Below, in pieces: positions 55,880 to 64,000 of a DNA stretch of 64,000 nt (position 1 is the stretch's first letter; the number at the start of each line of letters is the position of its first letter). The notes beneath the pieces are model-generated. The model saw only the letters and a program-made list of their open reading frames with translations. It made no database searches and had not been told where the DNA came from. Source of the DNA: an uncultured Clostridia bacterium. GTDB taxonomy: Bacteria; Bacillota; Clostridia; Christensenellales; UBA1242. The translations under genes were made by a program, and so were the position numbers. The stretch lies in assembly GCA_944331845.1 (NCBI GenBank), contig CALVIT010000001.1:48-64047 (forward strand). The letters are read 5' to 3'.

Positions 55880-57436
55880 TTATTTATCGCTTGTTTGTAT
55901 TTGTGTTTGTGGAAGTTCTTTATTCCTTTGTTTTGGTTTGGAGAATTCAAGTAACATACTCTTAAAGTCTATCACTTTAAATATTACTGATAATAATATA
56001 AAGCATACTGCACCGCTGATACTTCCAAATGCTAATGCAAAAAATTTAGGGCAGAAGGCGTCAAAGATATTAAATGTGAATATTGTAAATAGTAGACTTG
56101 GTACTGCTAGACAACTCATTACAAATATTTTTTGTATAATATTTGTTTTGATTTGCAATTTCTTTTGAATTAATCTTATATTCAATGCACTTGATATGGT
56201 CATACAAGCACCTGTGCCTACTATTAATGATAAGACACCTATAAGTTGTGTTGTTGTTAAAATAATTATAATTAGGGCGATAGCACCAATTACATAGTTA
56301 ATAAATGATTTCGATTCCATACCTAGTGCATTAAGAACAGTTGATGAAATATTTGATAGTGCTAATGGTATCATTAACCAAGCGGAGTAGAGAAGAAAGA
56401 GTCCTGCTCTCTCATTATTATACACAAAGAGCCCTATGTCTTGCCACATTCCCATATAGAGCGGTATTATCATCATTGATATGAATAGTGAGAATGTGAA
56501 CGAGATATTGATTTGTGAGGTAACTGTGTCTTTGTTTTGTTGTGCATATTGTGAAGATAATTCCGGCAGAAGCACCATAGCAAGCGACCCTACAAGTGTA
56601 GAAGGGACAAATAGTAGTGGCATAGTCATACCAACTGCGATACCAAATTCTGCTAACGCCTGTTCGTTACTTAGTCCTGCTAGCACTAATTGCATAGGTA
56701 TGACTATAGCGATTATTGGATGTAGAACGCTTGTTGCTACTCTAACTCCTGTGATAGGGGTAGCACTTTTTAGTATCTTGCGGTATTGTAGGTGCGGACT
56801 TGCTAATCTATTTCCTTTGTAGAAATAGTAGAAGATAACCATCAGTGCAGAGAATAGACAAGCGATTGATAGAGATATACCCGCTACGACTCCGCTAGAT
56901 AGAGATTGCCCTACGGTGTAAGCGATAATGAAGAAGAATAAAATTCGAAGCACTTGCTCGACAAATTCGCTTAAGCCGACAATGAAATAGTTTTTTTTGC
57001 CCCACAAGGCACCACGAAACGAAGAATATATGGCGGAGAAAATAACAGAAGGAAGCAAAGTTAGAATAATTATTACAGTTCTAGGGTCGGCAAAAATTTT
57101 CTCTAGTGGAGTATGAAATACGAAAATCAGTAGGCATAGAATGATAGACAGTATGAGAGATATCACTAATGTAGCAGTTGTAGCGCGATTAATGGCTTGA
57201 TTATCCTTCTTTGTCTCATAAATAGCGGTGAACTTCGATAGGGTCAAAGGTAGTCCACTCGATACAAGCATCATAAGCACACCTATGATAGACAGGGCGA
57301 CTTGATAAATGCCTAGCATTTCTGCGCCCATTTCCCACGACAAATATATTCTAAATACAAAACCTAATATTCTTGTTAAGATTGAGAATATTGTTATTAA
57401 CGCGACCGCTTTAATTAAATCACTGAATTTTATCAT
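55880..57436 (-). CDS. MOP-superfamily polysaccharide / lipid II flippase (SpoVB/MurJ-like)
   Basis: About 14 TM helices. The N-terminus LITIFSILTRILGFVFRIYLSWEMGAEMLGIYQVALSIIGVLMMLVSSGLPLTLSKF matches the SpoVB / polysaccharide-biosynthesis-protein pattern. Confidence 0.7.
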   Translation of the reverse strand: MIKFSDLIKAVALITIFSILTRILGFVFRIYLSWEMGAEMLGIYQVALSIIGVLMMLVSSGLPLTLSKFTAIYETKKDNQAINRATTATLVISLILSIILCLLIFVFHTPLEKIFADPRTVIIILTLLPSVIFSAIYSSFRGALWGKKNYFIVGLSEFVEQVLRILFFFIIAYTVGQSLSSGVVAGISLSIACLFSALMVIFYYFYKGNRLASPHLQYRKILKSATPITGVRVATSVLHPIIAIVIPMQLVLAGLSNEQALAEFGIAVGMTMPLLFVPSTLVGSLAMVLLPELSSQYAQQNKDTVTSQINISFTFSLFISMMIIPLYMGMWQDIGLFVYNNERAGLFLLYSAWLMIPLALSNISSTVLNALGMESKSFINYVIGAIALIIIILTTTQLIGVLSLIVGTGACMTISSALNIRLIQKKLQIKTNIIQKIFVMSCLAVPSLLFTIFTFNIFDAFCPKFFALAFGSISGAVCFILLSVIFKVIDFKSMLLEFSKPKQRNKELPQTQIQTSDK

Positions 57437-57603
57437 AAGATAATATATTCTAGTCGATAGGTAATTATGTTTTTTATGTTCAAAATATGAATTATAGATA
57501 CAATGGAAATGATAAATTGTGTGCTATGTGTATTAATATCGCATTAATAAATAAGTTCAAAATAAAATGATAATAAAATTTCTCGAAAATAGTATAAAAT
57601 TAT

Positions 57604-57633
57604 TTGACTAAAAAGTTTTATATGTGGTATACT
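57604..57633 (+). promoter_or_regulatory. Sigma-A promoter of GLUG paralog 3 (TTGACT, 18 nt, TGgTATACT)
   Basis: TTGACT at 57604-57609 and TATACT at 57628-57633 preceded by TGg. Same layout as 21747-21776. Confidence 0.65.
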
Positions 57634-57691
57634 AGCAATAATAAACAAAACAAAGGAGAGAGTGTATTATGTTACAAGAGATGAAAACGCT

Positions 57692-57702
57692 GGGGGGGGG
57701 GG
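57692..57702 (+). repeat. Poly-G tract (11 G) in the 5' coding region
   Basis: Counted directly: G at 57692-57702, 21 nt after the RBS-linked ATG at 57669. Confidence 0.95.
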
Positions 57703-58020
57703 CGTTCTAAGACCCAAGAAATAGGGCAAAATAACACAAAAATAATACATAATGACTTAACTAATAATAAGTTAAATAACAATCAAAGAAACGATATAAT
57801 CAACGATATTGACAACTCAAATTGTGAGAAAAAAACACATACAACTAACATAAATAATGAGAATCAAGCAAAAAGTGTCAGTGAAATTGATTATAAGGAT
57901 ACTTATAATGAAGTTAGAACTCTAAATACAATAAATACAAATAATAAAATAAATAAAAAACTAAATAATGCACACAATATTACCGAGATTGAATTTGCTA
58001 GAGACGGTGCAGATTATAGT

Positions 58021-61000
58021 ATGCGAGCAAACAATGGAGGTAATGAAATGCGCAAACAAGATACATACAACGAAATAATGGATAGAAGAGTAGAAGAGAC
58101 TAGTATAGACAACAATAGTGGTCTTTTTGTGGATACAACAAATGTAGGAAAATATACTAAAAAAGAAGAAAAGGTCTTGTCTAGAGTACAAGCATTACAC
58201 AAGCGAGCAGGACACATACGCTCAAGGGTAGGGCAAAGTGCTAGTATAGGTGTACAACACACAAATACCTTTATGCGCTCTACAGTACAATTAGTATTGT
58301 GGTTATTAGCATTTGTCATGAGTCTAACAATGGTATGTTGTCTTAGTACAAATAAAGGCACTTTGAATGAAGTGAACGCAGTTAGTGGGACTGCTATCTC
58401 TACAGTGGATGAATTGAAAGCGGTGGCAAATAACTTAAGTGGTAGTTATTACCTAGCGAATGACATAACAGTAACTGACAGCACTTGGACCCCTATAGGC
58501 ACATCTTCAAGTAGTACATTTAAAGGCACATTTGATGGTAATGGCTATAGTATCACCTTTACTCAAACTATACATATCACAAGTTCTTCAGGGTCTGCTT
58601 ATGGCGGATTATTTGGTTATCTTACTAGTGCCACAATTAAGAATTTGGGTGTCATATGGTCAGAAGATAGCATAGATATTAATATAAATGGCGAAACAGA
58701 ACCATACACAGGCTTAGTAGTATCTTCTAAATCCAGTGTCCATGCCGGGGGGATCGTGGGGTATGCTTCTGTTTCAATCATAAGTAACTGCTACAATATG
58801 GGTGCAGTGAGTGCAGAATCGGCATCTTCTACTGCCTATGCAGGCGGAATTGTGGGAAATAATAATAATTCTTCAATCATCAGCAACTGCTACAACACGG
58901 GTGCAGTAAAGGCGACTGCTTCTGCTTCTTCAAAGACTGCTTATGCAGGCGGAATCGTAGGGGATTCAGATAATCCCATCAGCAACTGCTACAACACAGG
59001 TGCAGTGAGTGCAGAATCGGCATCTTCTACTGCCTATGCAGGCGGAATCGTGGGGGATGCGGGTAATCCCATCAGCAACTGCTACAACACAGGTGCAGTA
59101 AAGGCGACTACTTCTGCTTCTTCAAAGACTGCTTATGCAGGTGGCATTGCGGGGAATGGTGGTTATGGTACAACCATCAGCAACTGTTTTAGTATAGATC
59201 CTAACCTTAGTGATAGCATTAATACATCACCTAGTGCAGAAGTGAATAAAGCAGTCAATCTTACAAATGTAGGTGGTATAGTAGGAAGTGGCGGTACGGT
59301 AAATTATGGTTATCATAATTATGTAAGTTTAGATAATATCAATAAAGGTACCTATGTAGAGACCCTTGCTAGTTTCCTTGTATATTCAAATAATAATGCT
59401 AGTATAATAATTGATAATTATAAGTTTGGTTTTACAGTTAATACTATTAATTATGGATGGGACTCTGCTTGTACTTGGAATTTTGACATTATATGGAAAG
59501 TAAATACTGATGCTAGTACAAGTAATACTCAACCTTTAATTATAAATATGAGAATTCCACAATTTAGTGGAGAGGGGACCGCAGATTCACCATACATAAT
59601 TTCCAATTCTGACGATTTAAAGTCGTTGTCAAGTGCAGTTAGTGTGGGGCTCTTGAATGATTCCTATTATAGAGTAGAGTCACAAAATCTAAATAAAGTG
59701 ATAGAAATAACTGACAATACCTGGACCCCTATAGGTACATCGTCAAGTAGTGCATTTACTGGAACATTTGATGGTAATGGGCACAGTATCACTTTTACGC
59801 AGACTATATATATAACAAGCAGTTCAGGTGATGTCTATGGCGGACTATTTGGATATGCTAGTGATGCGACAATATCTAATTTAGAAGTTAACTGGGCAGG
59901 TACTAACACGATTAGTAATTATACAGGTCTGATAGTATCTTCTACAACTTCTACTGCCTATGCTGGGGGAATAGCGGGGTATGGTGAGAAAATTAGTAAT
60001 TGTTATAGCACGGGAGCAGTGACTGCGACTTCTACTCATACTTCTTCTAATGCCTATGCAGGAGGAATCGCGGGGTATTGTGGAACCATCAATAGTTGCT
60101 ACAATGAGGGAGCAGTGACTGCGATTTCCACAACTTATGATGCCTATGCAGGTGGAATTGCAGGAAAAGTGGTAGACCTTATATGTAATTGCTACAACAC
60201 GGGCACAGTGACTGTGACTGACTCAAGGTATGCCTATGCCGGAGGAATTTCTGGCAAGGCTTCGTCTTCAACAACAATCATTAACTGCTACAACACTGGC
60301 GCAGTGGATGCAACTTCTACATCTTCTTTTGTCTATGCAGGCGGAATCGTGGGATATGCAGAAGAGGCAACCAGTAGCAACTGCTACAACACTGGCGCAG
60401 TGGATGCAACTTCTACATCTTCTTCTGTCTATGCAGGCGGAATCGTGGGGTATGCAAAAGAAGCAACCAGTAGCAACTGTTTTAGTATAGATCCTAACCC
60501 TGATGATGATATTGATACAACACCTAGTGGTAAAACTGTAGGTGCTATAGTAGGAAGTGGCGGTACAGTAAATTATTGTTATCATAATTATTCATCAATT
60601 AATACAACAACTACTGGAACTGCAACGATTTATAATTCAAATTTGGCAGGTTTAGTAAAACAAAAAGATGAGTTTCTTGCATTAACTTGGGACCCTATTT
60701 ATCTTTGGAACTTCAACATTGTATGGGAAGTAAATACTGATGATAGTACAAGTACTACTCAACCATTGATAATTAATATAAGGGTTCCATTTACAGGAGC
60801 AGGTACTGAAGAATCTCCATATATAATATCCGATTCTGATGATTTAAAGTCATTGTCATATGGAATCAACTTGGGACTCTGGAATGATTCGCATTTTAGA
60901 GTTGAGTCACAAAATCAAAATAAAGTGATAGAAATAACTGACAATACCTGGACCCCTATAGGTACATCGTCAAGTAGTGCATTTGAAGGCACTTTTGATG

Positions 61001-63699
61001 GCAATGGCCACACCGTTAAATTTGCTCAAACTATACAGATTACATGTACCTATGGCGGATTGTTCGGATATACTAAGGGGGCTGCAATCAAGAATTTAGG
61101 GGTCAACTGGGCAGGTACTAATAAGGTCAGTGAGTATACAGGCCTAGTAGTATCTCCTACTTACAGGAATATCTATGTAGGTGGTATCGCAGGATATTCT
61201 GATTCAACAACATTCAATAACTGCGACATCACGGGTAGCATTACTGGTTCTTCGAATGGATATGTAGGTGGAATTGTTGGGCAGGCCATTATTGATACAA
61301 CCATCAGTGACTGTAACAACAAAGGGACAGTAAGTTCGATTTCTCCTGATGATTCTGCCGGTGTAGGAGGAATCGCGGGGTATGCTTCTTCTACAATCAT
61401 CAGCCACTGCGACAATATTGGTAATTTGTTTGCGACTGCTCGTAATGCCTATGCAGGTGGAATTTCTGGCAATGCTTCGTCTTCAACAATCAACAACTGC
61501 AAAAATACAGCGGAAGTAGTTGCAGAATCCACTGATCGTAGTTCTTCTTATGCCTATGCAGGAGGAATCGCGGGGTATGCTTATTCTTCAACCATCAGCG
61601 TATGTGATAACACAGGTGCAGTTAGTGCAGATTCTAATTCAAAAGATAGTGATGCCTATGCCCATGCTGGAGGAATTGTGGGAGGTGCTCCTTCTACAAC
61701 CATCAGTGACTGTAACAACACACCTGTAGATACAAATACAGTGACTGCAAATTCTTATAGTTCTTATCGTTCTAACTATTCTGGGTTCAAATATTCTTCT
61801 GCCTATGCTGGCGGAATTGTGGGGCGGGATGGAAACATCATCAACTGTAACAACACAGGGACAGTAAAGGCAGATGCGTCTAAGCCTGTTAATTATTATG
61901 ACGTTTCCCCTTTTGCCTATGCAGGTGGAATTTGTGGGAGTGATGGAATCATCAGTAATTGTCATAATGAAGGGGCAGTGAGTGCAACTGGTGATTCTGC
62001 TCGTATTTATACAGGCGGTATCGTGGGATATAGTAGAAAAACAATCAGTAACTGCTATAATATAGGCGTTGTAAGTGTAGATGGGAGTTCTTCTGCCGAT
62101 GTCGGGGGAATCGCGGGGTATGCTTATTCTTCAACAATCAACAACTGCTACAACACTGGTTCAGTGACTGCGACTACTCCTTCTGCTACTAATGCCGGGG
62201 GGATCGTGGGGTATGCTTCTTCTTCGACCATAAGTAACTGCCACAATAAGGGTGCAGTGGATGCGACTTCTACTTATATTTCTTCTAATGCCTATGCAGG
62301 AGGAATCGCGGGGTATGCTTCTTCTTCTTCTTCTATTACCATCAGCAACTGCTATAACACAGGTGCAGTGAAAGCGACTACAACTGATTCTTCTGCTAGA
62401 GCTCATGCCGGGGGGATAGTGGGGTATGCTTCTTCTTCTATTACCATCAGCAACTGCTATAACACAGGTGATGTAACCGTGACTATTAATGATTTTTCTG
62501 CTAAATCTAATACTGCCAATGCTGGTGGAATTGCAGGGTATGCTTCATCTTCAACAACCATTAGCAATTGCTACAATATAGGTGCAGTGAAAGCAACTGC
62601 GACTCGTACTTCTTCTAATGCCTATGCAGGCGGAATCGTTGGGCAAAATGCAAACATCAACAACTGTTACAACACAGGTAAAGTGACTGTGTCCGCATAT
62701 TCTTCTGCCTATGCTGGGGGAATTGTGGGAAGTGGCGGAACAATCAGCAACTGCTTTAGTATAGATTCTAACCTTAGTGATAGCACTAATACCGCACCTA
62801 GCGCTACTGGAAGTACAAAAAATGTAGGTGGTATCGTAGGAAATAGTGGGACTGTAAATAATAGTTATCATAATTATAGTGGTTTAAGTACTACAACTGG
62901 TTATGTACTAAATTTGGAGAACTTCTTAAAATATCCAAATAATAACAATAGTATTAATTCTAATGTAATTCAAGATAATTTCACATTAGGTTTTGGCACA
63001 TTATCTAATGGGACTTATCAATATCAATGGGATGATACTTCACCTTGGGACCTTATGAGTGTATGGGGCATAGATACTCGCACGGATATAAATGAAGCAG
63101 ATAGAATAAATGGTGGGTTACCATATTTGAAGTGGTTTGAAGAAGACTATATAACTTATGTTGTAACAAATGGCGATACCACTGAAGAAAAACGTGTATT
63201 TTGCGGAATAAAGGGGACAGTGACTTCGGTAATTGTTGTTAGTGTACAAAATGCTGGGTTAACGATTCCAAATGGTACAATATTTAGTAATTGGGTAGAT
63301 GTGGAAGGGAAGACCTATAATGTAGGAGATACAATACCTTTCACAGAAGGTATAGTATTAAATGCAGTATTAATTGAAATGCCAATGGTAACATTCAATG
63401 TTACAAATAATGTGTGCGCAATATTAAATGTTTACGATAGTAATGATAATTTCGTACAACAAGTATTTATTGATAAGAATTCTTCCCAACAAACTATAAG
63501 TACATATTTATTGAAGGGGGAAGTTTATACTGTAAGGATAAGTGTATTCTATACTGCTAATATAACATTGGATACTGATAATTCAATGACTGGAGTATCA
63601 ATGAGTGGTAGGACATTGACATTCGAAGTTAGTGATAGTGGTAATACAATTACAATGCAGATAACAGGCTTTAGCGGGGGGAATGGTATTGTGGTTTAG
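58021..63699 (+). CDS. Giant (at least 1892 aa) three-module GLUG-repeat surface protein. The frame is open upstream to 57685 and the likely true start is ATG 57669, out of frame at the G11 tract.
   Basis: The frame of 58021 has no stop back to 57685 and encodes RSKTQEIGQNNTKIIHNDL, homologous to the N-terminus of the 21830 ORF. TM anchor VQLVLWLLAFVMSLTMVCCL. Three modules, each with a TWTPIGTSSSS.F.GTFDGNG head and many NCYNTGAV...AYAGGIVGY units. The C-terminal domain is shared with the 21830 product. Confidence 0.9.
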   Translation: MRANNGGNEMRKQDTYNEIMDRRVEETSIDNNSGLFVDTTNVGKYTKKEEKVLSRVQALHKRAGHIRSRVGQSASIGVQHTNTFMRSTVQLVLWLLAFVMSLTMVCCLSTNKGTLNEVNAVSGTAISTVDELKAVANNLSGSYYLANDITVTDSTWTPIGTSSSSTFKGTFDGNGYSITFTQTIHITSSSGSAYGGLFGYLTSATIKNLGVIWSEDSIDININGETEPYTGLVVSSKSSVHAGGIVGYASVSIISNCYNMGAVSAESASSTAYAGGIVGNNNNSSIISNCYNTGAVKATASASSKTAYAGGIVGDSDNPISNCYNTGAVSAESASSTAYAGGIVGDAGNPISNCYNTGAVKATTSASSKTAYAGGIAGNGGYGTTISNCFSIDPNLSDSINTSPSAEVNKAVNLTNVGGIVGSGGTVNYGYHNYVSLDNINKGTYVETLASFLVYSNNNASIIIDNYKFGFTVNTINYGWDSACTWNFDIIWKVNTDASTSNTQPLIINMRIPQFSGEGTADSPYIISNSDDLKSLSSAVSVGLLNDSYYRVESQNLNKVIEITDNTWTPIGTSSSSAFTGTFDGNGHSITFTQTIYITSSSGDVYGGLFGYASDATISNLEVNWAGTNTISNYTGLIVSSTTSTAYAGGIAGYGEKISNCYSTGAVTATSTHTSSNAYAGGIAGYCGTINSCYNEGAVTAISTTYDAYAGGIAGKVVDLICNCYNTGTVTVTDSRYAYAGGISGKASSSTTIINCYNTGAVDATSTSSFVYAGGIVGYAEEATSSNCYNTGAVDATSTSSSVYAGGIVGYAKEATSSNCFSIDPNPDDDIDTTPSGKTVGAIVGSGGTVNYCYHNYSSINTTTTGTATIYNSNLAGLVKQKDEFLALTWDPIYLWNFNIVWEVNTDDSTSTTQPLIINIRVPFTGAGTEESPYIISDSDDLKSLSYGINLGLWNDSHFRVESQNQNKVIEITDNTWTPIGTSSSSAFEGTFDGNGHTVKFAQTIQITCTYGGLFGYTKGAAIKNLGVNWAGTNKVSEYTGLVVSPTYRNIYVGGIAGYSDSTTFNNCDITGSITGSSNGYVGGIVGQAIIDTTISDCNNKGTVSSISPDDSAGVGGIAGYASSTIISHCDNIGNLFATARNAYAGGISGNASSSTINNCKNTAEVVAESTDRSSSYAYAGGIAGYAYSSTISVCDNTGAVSADSNSKDSDAYAHAGGIVGGAPSTTISDCNNTPVDTNTVTANSYSSYRSNYSGFKYSSAYAGGIVGRDGNIINCNNTGTVKADASKPVNYYDVSPFAYAGGICGSDGIISNCHNEGAVSATGDSARIYTGGIVGYSRKTISNCYNIGVVSVDGSSSADVGGIAGYAYSSTINNCYNTGSVTATTPSATNAGGIVGYASSSTISNCHNKGAVDATSTYISSNAYAGGIAGYASSSSSITISNCYNTGAVKATTTDSSARAHAGGIVGYASSSITISNCYNTGDVTVTINDFSAKSNTANAGGIAGYASSSTTISNCYNIGAVKATATRTSSNAYAGGIVGQNANINNCYNTGKVTVSAYSSAYAGGIVGSGGTISNCFSIDSNLSDSTNTAPSATGSTKNVGGIVGNSGTVNNSYHNYSGLSTTTGYVLNLENFLKYPNNNNSINSNVIQDNFTLGFGTLSNGTYQYQWDDTSPWDLMSVWGIDTRTDINEADRINGGLPYLKWFEEDYITYVVTNGDTTEEKRVFCGIKGTVTSVIVVSVQNAGLTIPNGTIFSNWVDVEGKTYNVGDTIPFTEGIVLNAVLIEMPMVTFNVTNNVCAILNVYDSNDNFVQQVFIDKNSSQQTISTYLLKGEVYTVRISVFYTANITLDTDNSMTGVSMSGRTLTFEVSDSGNTITMQITGFSGGNGIVV
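60283..60474 (+). repeat. Tandem 96-bp (32-codon) duplication inside the GLUG gene, about 96% identical
   Basis: Units 60283-60378 and 60379-60474 (NCYNTGAVDATSTSS[F/S]VYAGGIVGYA[E/K]EATSS) differ at 4 nt. Confidence 0.9.
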
Positions 63700-64000
63700 T
63701 AAGTGAGAGTATTTAAGTATAATTAGATTATAATTAGGTATAGTTATAGTGTAAGTATTTGATTATAAGGTATAACATAATGTATACAATATGATAATTA
63801 AGTATTTAATAGCATAATCAAGTATACAATAAGTTAAATTAAGTATACAATATGATAATTATGTATTTAATATTATAATATAAAGTGTTAAATATGTAAT
63901 TAAAAGTATTTATAATACGAGATATTGCTACTAGATATTATCTCTTGCACTCTTAAATATAATATTGTAGTGGTAATAATATTTGTTATGGGTTAAGAAT

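Noticed and set aside
1-64000. Mollicutes-type genetic code (TGA = Trp), considered because of the very low GC content
   Set aside because: Conserved proteins (mnmG, valS, tilS, ABC ATPases) are intact under the standard code, with TGG at conserved Trp positions, and several genes terminate at TGA.
1-64000. Prophage, transposon, integrative element or known defence island
   Set aside because: No integrase, transposase, recombinase, terminase, restriction-modification or Cas-like motifs were recognised in any frame. The repeats present are internal to surface-protein genes or are small intergenic arrays.

Overview
This is a very AT-rich (by eye about 30% GC) chromosomal segment from a low-GC Bacillota-like bacterium. 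It uses the standard code: long ORFs end at TGA and Trp is TGG. There are about 45 genes, mostly on the + strand, separated by unusually long (250-900 bp) AT-rich intergenic gaps. Housekeeping anchors are mnmG, tilS, valS, rplJ-rplL with an L10-leader attenuator, and holB-ricT(yaaT)-trmN6-like-rsmI. I saw no tRNA or rRNA genes, CRISPR arrays, transposases, integrases or phage genes. About 10 kb of accessory content encodes three paralogous giant surface proteins built from GLUG-type repeats (NCYNTGAV...AYAGGIVGY), at 2-1525 (5' truncated by the window), 21.8-24.6 kb and 57.7-63.7 kb. The main finding is that both complete paralogs share a near-identical promoter, RBS and MLQE start, followed by a poly-G tract (12 G and 11 G). 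In each gene the tract is exactly one G too long to keep the start codon in frame with the giant ORF. That is the signature of slipped-strand phase variation, or else homopolymer error or programmed slippage. Other points of interest: a cluster of GC-rich stem-loop repeats beside three perfect DnaA boxes in the largest intergenic gap, an ABC ATPase fused to a YwaF-like membrane domain, a membrane-tethered AAA+ ATPase split at an A6 tract, a collagen-like/beta-helix protein, and iteron-like tandem repeats. All product calls rest on motif recognition by eye; no database search was run.
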